In this document: positions 52,771 through 61,193 of the stretch, in pieces | Position numbering within the stretch: the first letter of the stretch is position 1 | Layout: each line of letters starts with the position of its first letter | Assembly (NCBI GenBank): GCA_963743525.1 | Contig: CAVUQH010000005.1 | Location: forward strand, 64,001-128,000 | Reading direction: 5' to 3' | Length of the DNA stretch: 64,000 nucleotides | Source: an uncultured delta proteobacterium | GTDB taxonomy: Bacteria; Myxococcota_A; Polyangia; Haliangiales; Haliangiaceae | Program-made: the position numbers and the translations under genes | The notes under the pieces: generated by a model | Told to the model about the DNA's origin: nothing | The model's input: the letters and a program-made list of their open reading frames with translations, nothing else | The model's database searches: none

Positions 52771-53369
52771 GCCGACTCCTCGTCGTGCAGGTACGAGCGC
52801 AGCGCCGGATCCTTCTTGGCCCGCGACAGCAGCGCGCGGCGGCACCAGAAGATCCGCGACTTGGTCGCGCTGGACGACGCTCCGGTGAGCGCGGCGACTT
52901 CTTCGATCGAGTAGCCCTCGACCACGTGCAGCACGAACGCCAGGCGCTTGTCGGTGCCGATGGCATCGAGGTGATGGAACAGCCGCTCGAGCGCCTGTTG
53001 CCGGCGCGCCCGCACGTCGGGCGCCAGCTCGGGATCGGTAGGCCGCTCGGGCACCAGCTCGAGCGCGACCTGGCGCTTGCGGTGCGGGCGCCGCAGGTGC
53101 TGCTTGACGATGTTGACCGCGATGCGGCACAGCCAGGTCTTGACCGACGCCTCGCCGCGGTAGCGCGGGAACGATTTGACCGCGGCGATCAAGGTTTGCT
53201 GCAGCAGGTCCTCGAGCTCGGCGTCGGGGCCAACCATGCGTCCGATCAGCCGCTCGACCGCCGGTGCGTTTTCTCGCAGCACCACCTCGAGCGCCGCGTT
53301 GTCGCCGTGGCGACAGCGGTCGATGAGCTCGAGGTCGGGTTGCTCCGCCCGGGGGTTGGGCTCGGACAC
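52767..53369 (-). CDS. ECF sigma-70 factor
   Basis: EDLLQQT, YRGEASVKTWLCRIAVN, AFVLHVVEGYSIEEVA..TKSRI. Confidence 0.93.
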   Translation of the reverse strand: MSEPNPRAEQPDLELIDRCRHGDNAALEVVLRENAPAVERLIGRMVGPDAELEDLLQQTLIAAVKSFPRYRGEASVKTWLCRIAVNIVKQHLRRPHRKRQVALELVPERPTDPELAPDVRARRQQALERLFHHLDAIGTDKRLAFVLHVVEGYSIEEVAALTGASSSATKSRIFWCRRALLSRAKKDPALRSYLHDEESA

Positions 53370-53410
53370 GATACGACCAGTATAGAGGAGGGAAGGGCGG
53401 AGCGGATCGG

Positions 53411-54433
53411 CTACGGGATGTGCCCGACCAGTGAAATCCCCAGCTCGCCACGCAGTCGGCCCAGGTCGATGATCTCGAGCTCGTTGACCAGGAAGTGCTG
53501 ACGCAGCACGGCGAGCTCCATGCCGGCCCAGGCGCGCGCTTCCAGTGGTCCCCACAGCTGTCGCCGCGCTTCGATCTCGGCACCCAGGGTAGGGATCCAA
53601 ACCACATCGGATCCCTGGGTGTTGGCGGGAGTGCGACCGTCGGCGGCCGCCCGTCGCACGCCCGCGGCGAGACCGCCGCCGATGGCAAAGCCGCGTCGAG
53701 CAAACAGCGCCCGCACCCACGCGGTAATTCCCAGGTCGCGCACGCGCACGTAGCCCGACGCGTTTTCCTTTTCCACGCTGGTCGCCCACCACGCGTTGGC
53801 CACCAGCTCGCCGCGGAGTCAACCGCGGCGCACGCCGATGCCACCTTCGGCGCCCACCGCCAGCTGCCGGCCCAGATCGCCCTGCAGTGCGTGGGGGCCG
53901 GCGGCGACCACCGCCTCTCGCCGCCACGGGTCGGTGGGCGGTGGCGGTGGCGGCGGCGGTGGCGGTGGCGGCGGTGGCTTCTTCTCGTGCTCTTTGGGCG
54001 CCGGTAGCGCGGCCAGATCGACGACCTCGCGCACCTTGAGCGCCAGTGCGCGCACCGCCTCGGGGCCGCCGGTCTCGGCGATGTGGAAGACGTCGACCAC
54101 CGCGCGGCCGTCGCGGCGGGAGGCGATGTACAGCAAGTAGCCCGGCTCGTCCCCCTGCTCGACCCACACCGCCATGGCGCCCGGGGCGTCGAGCACGGCC
54201 GAGGCGCTCTCCAGCTTGTCCGCGGTGGTGGTGCCGGTGACCTGGCCGCCGACCGACACCGTGGCCGCCCCGATCAGCTGGATGCGCAGCGCGTCGAGGA
54301 AGCCGTCGGGCAGCGGCTGATCCGGCACCGTGAGAGCCACTACGCGGGCGGGCGGTGGCGGGGGCGGAGCGGGCGACGGTGCCGGCGGCGCCATCGGCAG
54401 GATGGCGAGCAGGGTTGCGGCCAGAGGGAACAT
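53411..54433 (-). CDS. Exported protein with poly-Pro linker and beta-rich C-terminus; in-frame TGA at 53819-53821
   Basis: ORFs 53819..54433 and 53411..53803 are in the same frame; reads RG*LRGELVANAWW. Confidence 0.7.
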
Positions 54434-54502
54434 CGATGTACGCGGACATCTTACCCGCCGACTTCAACCGAAAGGGCCGCCGGGGCGACTAGACTAGTGG
54501 TG

Positions 54503-55300
54503 ATGAGGTTCCGGCTCCTATGCGTCGCTGCCGCCGTGGCGTCGATGTCCTGCAACGCCAGAACCAACCTCGCCTCCGACGACGGTGGCGCGGCGACGTT
54601 CGCGGATGCCGATCCCGCCGCGCCCGACGCCGGGCCGAACGCCGGCTGCCAGCCGGGCGGCGTCCAGTGCAACAACTGCGTCGACGACGACGGCGACACG
54701 CTCATCGACGGCTTCGATCCCGAGTGCACCAGCATCCTCGACGATCGCGAGGACAGCTTCGCCACCGGCATCCCCGGCGACAACTCCGACCGCACCAAGC
54801 AGGATTGCTTCTACGACGGCGACAGCGGCGCCGGCAACGACGGCTGCGATCTCCACGTCTGCTGCCTGCTCGACGTCTGCCCTCCCAACCTCCCCGGGCC
54901 CAAGTTCGACCCCAGCAAATGCACCGTGACCCAGGAGTGCATCGACAACTGCAGCCCGCTGACCCCGCCCGGCTGCGACTGCTTCGGCTGCTGCACCATC
55001 TGCAACGGCGCCGGCTGCTTCGACGTCTTCACCAACCCGGCGGTCGCTCCGGATTGCCAGGCCAGGTACGCCGACGACCCCGACAAGTGCCCCCGCTGCA
55101 CCAAGAACGCCGACTGCGGCGGCGGCGGCTGCAATCCGCTCGAGTGCATCCTGTGCCCGGGCCAGAACCCGGACGATCTGCCCCCCAGCTGCGGCGGCGG
55201 CACCCAGTGTCCGGCCGGCGTGACGCCCTGCGTCACGACGTCGGACTGCCTGGAAATGCAGTTTTGCGCCGGCGGATGCTGCATCGGCGCAATTCAGTAG
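54503..55300 (+). CDS. Cys-rich lipoprotein
   Basis: Signal ending ASMS-C; about 30 Cys; [20 protein letters not shown]a-binding-like motif. Confidence 0.8.
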   Translation: MRFRLLCVAAAVASMSCNARTNLASDDGGAATFADADPAAPDAGPNAGCQPGGVQCNNCVDDDGDTLIDGFDPECTSILDDREDSFATGIPGDNSDRTKQDCFYDGDSGAGNDGCDLHVCCLLDVCPPNLPGPKFDPSKCTVTQECIDNCSPLTPPGCDCFGCCTICNGAGCFDVFTNPAVAPDCQARYADDPDKCPRCTKNADCGGGGCNPLECILCPGQNPDDLPPSCGGGTQCPAGVTPCVTTSDCLEMQFCAGGCCIGAIQ

Positions 55301-55412
55301 CCCCCTGCGTTTTTCTTTCAACCCGGATCCGGGCTGCCGCAACCATGTCTATTGCAGGGGGACCCGCAGAGCTTCCAACATCCCGACATAATGGGGCTCG
55401 TAAAGCGGGGTT

Positions 55413-55461
55413 CGCAGGCCTGGTTCCGGGGAGAAATCCCGGCTCCAGGCCCGCGTTTTTT
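55413..55461 (+). terminator. Possible intrinsic terminator between convergent genes
   Basis: Imperfect stem CGCAGGCCTGG...CCAGGCCCGCG followed by T6. Confidence 0.4.
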
Positions 55462-55484
55462 CGGCCCCGGGCGCGGTCTCAGCG

Positions 55485-58286
55485 CTACTTCGACAGCCAG
55501 ACCGCTCGCCGGGGCGGCGGCGCGGTGTCGTCGAGCTCGACGCGGGTCCCCGACGCGGTGCCGCTGGTTGCGGTCTGGGTCGCGTTGCCACTGGCGACGT
55601 AGGCGCTGCCCGAGCTCACATCCACCGAGCCGGCGCCACCCACGACGACGATGGACGACGAGACGGTGCCCGTATCCAGACTGACCCGGACCACCTGGCC
55701 GCTGCTGCTCGTGTCGGTGCCGTAGCTCGAGAAGTCGTTGACGCTGGCGCTGTCGGTGGTGACGAAGATTTCGTCGCCCGAGACCTGCGCCTGCGAGTAG
55801 ACGCGGTTGCCGGCGCCCAGGTCGGTGGCCAGGTGGATCAGCCCGCCGCTGCTGGTCGAGCTCAGCGGTGTGCTGGTGGGCGCGCTCATCAGCGAGATCG
55901 AGACCAGGTACTGGTGGGTCGAGGACGGTGACCAGGTCAGCGAGGTCCCGGTCCCCGACGCGCCCAGATCGTCGGCGTAGCCACCCGACGCCACCGCCAC
56001 GTATTGCCCGACGCCGTCGGAGTAGACGGTCGGCGGCGCCCCTATTGGGTGATAGTCGGACGAGAACTGGTACAGCGCCTTGCACGCCGATGCCACGCAC
56101 GGGTTGCTGCTGGGCGAGCTGCCGTAGCGGCTGCGGCCGGTGGTCGCGTCGAGCTGGAACAGGTTGCCGTAGAGCGTCGCCACCAGGATATCGGTGAAGT
56201 AGCCGGTGTTGTTGGGGTCGATTGCGGCGACGCCGCCGGGAACGCCGGTCGCCGGCACGTCGAGGCTCACCGACCGCGGCGACGGATAGAGATAGTTCCA
56301 TTCCCACACCACCGCGCCGGTCTCGGTGTTCAGCGCAAAGACGTTGGTGCCGGCGCCGGCGGTGCCGCCGTTGTTGGTCTGAACGATGGTGAGGTCAACG
56401 GCGCTGTTGGCGATGCTGACCGGCCCCATGGCCACGTTGAGGCCCACTCCCAGCTCGTAGCCGCTGCGCGACGAAGGCGTGGTGTACTCCCAGACAATCG
56501 ACGGATCGGTCGGGTCGGTGACGTCCAGCGCGTAGACCGCGGGCGTGGCGCCCGACGTGCTCGGATCGCCGCCGCCGGTCTGAAAGGTCAGGATGGTGCG
56601 GAACGCGTTCTGCCCGGTGCTGTCGAAGTCGCCGTAGACATCGGTCACCTTGGGCGACCCGTTCACCCGTGCGCTGTTGGTGCGCAGATAGGGCAACTCG
56701 GTGCGGGGAAGGAACGCCCACAGCTCGACCCCGAGCTGGGTGCACGCGCCGGTCACCGAGGCGCAGATCGCGTGCAGCATGCCGTCGCGGCCGCCCACGT
56801 AGGCGATCGTCGGGCGGCTGCCACCGCCGGCGGCTACCGTGCTGGCTTCGATGACCGCGGGTGTCGACCGATCGATGCCGCCCAGGGTCGGCGACGAGGT
56901 TCCATCCGACTTCAACCCGAGCACGCGCCTGAGCACCTCTTCCTGGGCGCCCGTGTCGGTGATGCCCAGGAGCGACCCGACCGACGAGCTGTTGCTCTCT
57001 TCGATGATGGTGCGCGTCGGACGCAGCCCGCCGGCGACGTTGGTGAACACCGTCCGGCAGCTGGTGCTGAAGCGGGCGCAGCCACTGCCGGTCCACGCGT
57101 TGGTCGCCGGCGGGATCAGCTCGGCGGCGTCGAAGACCGGTGACGCCACCTCCGACAGCAGGGTCGCGGTGCTGCTGACCGAGCCCACGGGAATCGCGCG
57201 GAAGTGGCCCTTGACCGCCGGGAAGGTCCAGGACTGCGCGTCCGACAGCGTCGCGCTGGACGCCAGCGTCGGCGCGGTCGTCGGCGGGTCGGTCGCCTCG
57301 TAGCTGCCCGTGTACTGGGACAGGGTGCTGCCGGCATAGGCGATGATCGGCGAGGAGCGGGAGACCTCGATGGTCTCGGGGTCACAGCTGAAGCCGCCGC
57401 CTTCGAAGGCGCCGAGGGCCCGGTCGTAGTGGATCTCGGCTCCGCCGGTGGCGTCAACCGTCTCGCCGACGATGGCGCCGTAGAAGTCCGCGTTGCCCGC
57501 GACCTTGACCGGCGTGTCCGGCGCGTAGACGGCAAAGGCCGACTGGGTGCCGCCCGTGACCTTGATGTCGGTGGCCGCCGGGCCGACCATGAACACCAGG
57601 TCGGTCGCCTTGAGCGACGGGTTCGACACCGTTCCGCCGGTCAGATCCATGCTGGTCGTGATGTAGACCAGGACCGGGGCCGACGCGACCTGGAGGTCGG
57701 CGTTGCCGTTGAGGGTGATCGAGTCCATGACGTAGGTGCCGGCGCTGAGGATCAGATGCGAGTGCGCGCCGATGCTGACCGAGCCGTAGGTCTCGTTGGG
57801 CGTGAGGTTCACGGTCTTGTGCGAGCCCGAATTCACGTTCCCCTGCGGCGTTCCCACCGTCGGGATCGTCACGCTGGGCAGGTCGACGTTGGTCGACTGC
57901 GGTGACGAGGTTCCGTTGATGGTGCTGGCGCCCGGGGAAACACCCGAGGAGGTCGAGCAGCCCGCGCCGATCTTGACGTCACCATTGATGGTCGTCGGCG
58001 CGCCGTTCAGAGTGACCGCCGTCGGGGTGGTGCATCCGTTCGATCCAATGTTGCCGTTGCTGTCGGCGTGCGTGGTGGCGTACGTGCCCGGCGGCGTGGA
58101 ATCATAGCTGTCAGTCGTCGCGCCGCCGCCGAACGTGACGCTGTTCTTGCCGAAGGCCGCGTTGTCGAAGCCGGGTACGCAGCTGCCGGCTTCGGCGGGC
58201 GAAGCGTCGAGCGTCAGCGTGGCGGCGACGAGCGACAGCAGGAGGATGAATACACGACGAGCCGTCGGCGCGCAGGGGAGCACCAT
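55485..58286 (-). CDS. PilY1-like adhesin with N-terminal beta-helix-like domain
   Basis: Signal peptide; AYVGGRDGMLHAI, ELWAFLP, VNGSPKVTDV, VYALDVTDP beta-propeller motifs. Confidence 0.8.
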   Translation of the reverse strand: MVLPCAPTARRVFILLLSLVAATLTLDASPAEAGSCVPGFDNAAFGKNSVTFGGGATTDSYDSTPPGTYATTHADSNGNIGSNGCTTPTAVTLNGAPTTINGDVKIGAGCSTSSGVSPGASTINGTSSPQSTNVDLPSVTIPTVGTPQGNVNSGSHKTVNLTPNETYGSVSIGAHSHLILSAGTYVMDSITLNGNADLQVASAPVLVYITTSMDLTGGTVSNPSLKATDLVFMVGPAATDIKVTGGTQSAFAVYAPDTPVKVAGNADFYGAIVGETVDATGGAEIHYDRALGAFEGGGFSCDPETIEVSRSSPIIAYAGSTLSQYTGSYEATDPPTTAPTLASSATLSDAQSWTFPAVKGHFRAIPVGSVSSTATLLSEVASPVFDAAELIPPATNAWTGSGCARFSTSCRTVFTNVAGGLRPTRTIIEESNSSSVGSLLGITDTGAQEEVLRRVLGLKSDGTSSPTLGGIDRSTPAVIEASTVAAGGGSRPTIAYVGGRDGMLHAICASVTGACTQLGVELWAFLPRTELPYLRTNSARVNGSPKVTDVYGDFDSTGQNAFRTILTFQTGGGDPSTSGATPAVYALDVTDPTDPSIVWEYTTPSSRSGYELGVGLNVAMGPVSIANSAVDLTIVQTNNGGTAGAGTNVFALNTETGAVVWEWNYLYPSPRSVSLDVPATGVPGGVAAIDPNNTGYFTDILVATLYGNLFQLDATTGRSRYGSSPSSNPCVASACKALYQFSSDYHPIGAPPTVYSDGVGQYVAVASGGYADDLGASGTGTSLTWSPSSTHQYLVSISLMSAPTSTPLSSTSSGGLIHLATDLGAGNRVYSQAQVSGDEIFVTTDSASVNDFSSYGTDTSSSGQVVRVSLDTGTVSSSIVVVGGAGSVDVSSGSAYVASGNATQTATSGTASGTRVELDDTAPPPRRAVWLSK

Positions 58287-58317
58287 GTCACTATGCTACC
58301 GAACGAGAGAGAGTTCA

Positions 58318-59274
58318 GTGAGGGTTCTTTCAGTCTTGTCGATTGTGGTGGGCGGTGCGCTCGTCAGCGGTGGCAGCTGCCGCCGTGAGCACACACACGC
58401 ACCTCCACCTCCGTACCGCGATGTCTTCGCCGTCAACGCCCACGACGCGTTGGCCGTGCGATCGGGCGGATCGAAAACGCTGATCGAGTGGGTGAACATC
58501 CGACGTGGCATCCGCTGGCGCGCCAGCGTGCCTCGCTATGCGGGCAGCCCGCAGGTGCCGGGGCTGGCGGCGTCGGACAAGGTCGTCTTGCTGCGCGTGG
58601 TGTCGCGCGGCGGGGCCGACCAGGTAGTCCTGAATGCCACCGATGGCAGCGTCGAGCGCACCGTGCATCTGACGCAGGGATGGCCGAGCTCACCCTCCGG
58701 CTACTCGCTCGATCCGGCGATGACCGTGCCCGGCGAGCAACGCTGCTACCAGCTGGTCGGCGACGAGCACCGCGGCGCGGTGGTCGCGGTGTCGCTGGAC
58801 GATGGCCGCGCCGAGTGGCGCCACGACGTGGCGGGACGAATCGATCTCGCCGTGGAGGTCGGCTCGCGCCTCGCGCTGGTGGTCGCAGGCAAGGTGGAGC
58901 TCCTCGATGCAGCCACCGGCAATCCGGTCTCCGCGGGCCCCAAGGTGCGGGTCCACGTCGGCGGTGGCCGGGATGGTCCGTACTCGCTCACGTCCGACCT
59001 GGGTGCGCTACTGGTGTCGGGGCTCCCCCGGACACGCCCGTCCGGGCTCGAGCTGGCCTTCGATCCCGGCGCGCACGCCCTGACCAGCTTCGATCGGGTG
59101 AGCCAGGCCCGGCTGGGAACCCTGCCGTGGCCCGCCGGCGCGCTGGCACCGGAGCCGCATCACTATCGAGACGAGTCGCTGTGGCTGGTCTTTCCCGACC
59201 ACCTCGCCGTCCTCGATCCGCGCACCCTGCACCTTCGGGCGACGCTCGGGCGCGCGCCATCCAGCTCGAACTGA
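58318..59274 (+). CDS. Putative lipoprotein with PQQ-like beta-propeller repeats; start uncertain
   Basis: Hydrophobic N-terminus with GGS-C; VLNATDG, AVSLDDGRAEWR, LLDAATG. Confidence 0.6.
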   Translation: MRVLSVLSIVVGGALVSGGSCRREHTHAPPPPYRDVFAVNAHDALAVRSGGSKTLIEWVNIRRGIRWRASVPRYAGSPQVPGLAASDKVVLLRVVSRGGADQVVLNATDGSVERTVHLTQGWPSSPSGYSLDPAMTVPGEQRCYQLVGDEHRGAVVAVSLDDGRAEWRHDVAGRIDLAVEVGSRLALVVAGKVELLDAATGNPVSAGPKVRVHVGGGRDGPYSLTSDLGALLVSGLPRTRPSGLELAFDPGAHALTSFDRVSQARLGTLPWPAGALAPEPHHYRDESLWLVFPDHLAVLDPRTLHLRATLGRAPSSSN

Positions 59275-59799
59275 TCAGTTGGCGTTGCCGGTGTTGCCCG
59301 AGCCTTGCCCGGACTGGTTCCGGTAGACCTGGTTGCCCATGTTGTAGACGACCAGCTCCAACACCTCGCGCGGCGTCTCCGGGTACTTCAGGCACTTGGA
59401 GACGATGAAGATCTTCAGGTCGTTGTCGCGGGTGGTGTCGTTGGCCGCCGGCGGCAGCTCGTCGTCGTTGTCCTTGACCGTCACCTCGTAGTCGGCGATG
59501 CCGTCGGGCGGATCGTCGATGTCGCCGCGGATCGGGTACCAGCTGGGATCGTTCGACGTGTCGGTGTCGAGGATGTCGTTCCACAGGGCGTAGTTGGCGC
59601 CCATGATGGTCTTGCCCTGGGACAGCCCGGCTTCGGCGCAGAACAGCGACGCGCGCGCCTGCGAGACCAGGCCGACCTGCTTGGTCGAGGACATCTGCAG
59701 GTTCAGCACTACCGCGGCGCCGGCCAGCAGGGCGACGAGGATGATGAGCACCAGCACCATGACGCTGCCTCGCTGGCGCATCGGTGGGCGACGAGTCAC
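59275..59799 (-). CDS. pilX: PilX-like minor pilin
   Basis: QRG|SVMVLVLIILVALL class III signal lacking Glu5; SLFCAEAGL; GTGA-coupled to pilW. Confidence 0.8.
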   Translation of the reverse strand: MTRRPPMRQRGSVMVLVLIILVALLAGAAVVLNLQMSSTKQVGLVSQARASLFCAEAGLSQGKTIMGANYALWNDILDTDTSNDPSWYPIRGDIDDPPDGIADYEVTVKDNDDELPPAANDTTRDNDLKIFIVSKCLKYPETPREVLELVVYNMGNQVYRNQSGQGSGNTGNAN

Positions 59800-60795
59800 G
59801 GCGAGCCCTCCAGGTTGCGGATCTCGACCGTGGCCGACAGCACGCGGCGGCGGTACGGATCCAGGGTCGAGGCGGCGGCGTGGTCTTCGGCCGCGGGTCG
59901 TTGGTTGGTGGCCTGCGTGCTCTGCTCGGTGAACGTGCGGCCGACCACGGTGATGCGCAGCGCGCGCGGCGGTGTGGTGGTGATGAGCGGCGGCGCGGCG
60001 TCGCCGGCGGCGTTGTAGAACCACTCGTCGCCCGTGCTCGCCGGTGTCGGCCAGGCTGCCGTCACCGTCGATATCGACGCCCACCGCGACCTGGAAATCC
60101 TCGATGCCGCCGGCCAGCGGCTCGGCCGCCGCCGGACCGTCGCCGTCCGGGTCCACCATCATGGTCGGCAGGTAGTCGACCGCGGCCGACGAGTCGACGT
60201 AGAAGCGGCTCACTTGCGCGCGCAGGACCAGGTCGCCGGCGGCGTAGTCCCCGGTGGGGAAGACCACGCCGCTGCACAGCGACGACGGCGAGCCGGTGAG
60301 GGTGACGACGTACTCGCTGCCCGACGGCTGCACGTCGGAGACCTCGAGGATGTGGCCCTTGTCCAGGTTGGTGACGATGATGTAGTCGCCGGCGCGCAGC
60401 TCAGAGCCGTCGAGCACGGTGAGCGAGCTGTCGGACGCGGTGAATGGCGCGCGCAGCGAGGTGACGACGCCGCCGATGGCGTGGATGACGTCCAGCTGGT
60501 CGGGCCCGGTGCTGGAGTTGGTCACCTTGAGGCCGCCGGTGCCGCTGCAGCCGACCAGATCCTGCAGGTCCGAGCGGGGCACGCCGGGGCTGGCGTTGCG
60601 TATGGTGTCGGTGATGATGTCGAGCACGGCGCGGGCGTTGCGCTCGGCCACGGCGGTGCGCCGGCTGTCCTGGTAGGCGTTGGTCAGCGTGCCGGCCATG
60701 CGCAGCACACCGCCGATGACGATGGTCATGATGATCAGCGAGACCATCATCTCGATCAGCGTGAAGCCGCCTTGCGCCGCGCGCGGTTGGGTCAC
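59796..60795 (-). CDS. pilW: PilW-like minor pilin; +1 frameshift at ~60042
   Basis: G|FTLIEMMVSL; LAGGIEDFQVAVGVD; C-terminus ALRITVVGRT...YRRRVLSATVEIRNL lies in ORF 59796..60065. Confidence 0.8.
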
Positions 60796-61193
60796 TGCGT
60801 CCTCTGCGTCCGGTAGGTGATCGAGTGAGTCTCCGAGCCCTGCTCGAGCCAGCTGACCACCAGGGTCACCGTGGCCAGGCTGCTCGACCAGCTGACGGTC
60901 CAGGTGCGGGTGAAGATGCCGTTGGCCGTGAGATTGCCCTGGGCGTCGACGGTGTCGGAGCCGTTGACCAGGTTGGCGATCGAGGTGGTCCGCATCTCCT
61001 CCATCTTGGCCTCGCCCAGCACCGCCGCCTCGCCGGCGTGGCGCGAGTAGGAGGAGGCCTGCGACGACACCAGCTGCACGCTGAGCACGCCGGACAGACC
61101 GATCAGCATCACCGTGAGCGCGATCAGGAGCTCGATCAGGGTGAAGCCGCGCTGGGCGGTGCGGCCGCGCAGCCGCTGGCAGCCGGGTGTCAC
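60792..61193 (-). CDS. pilV: PilV-like minor pilin
   Basis: QRG|FTLIELLIAL; KMEEMR, FTRTWTV, VVSW; GTGA-coupled to the upstream pilY1. Confidence 0.85.
   Translation of the reverse strand: MTPGCQRLRGRTAQRGFTLIELLIALTVMLIGLSGVLSVQLVSSQASSYSRHAGEAAVLGEAKMEEMRTTSIANLVNGSDTVDAQGNLTANGIFTRTWTVSWSSSLATVTLVVSWLEQGSETHSITYRTQRTQ

Noticed and set aside
53819..53821. In-frame TGA as selenocysteine or programmed readthrough
   Set aside because: Better explained by CGA->TGA at a corrupted GTCGAC site; no redox-motif context.
59275..60795. Apparent 506-aa PilW-PilX fusion ORF
   Set aside because: A +1 frameshift at ~60042 runs pilW into the pilX frame; the true PilW C-terminus is in ORF 59796..60065 and PilX has its own prepilin signal.
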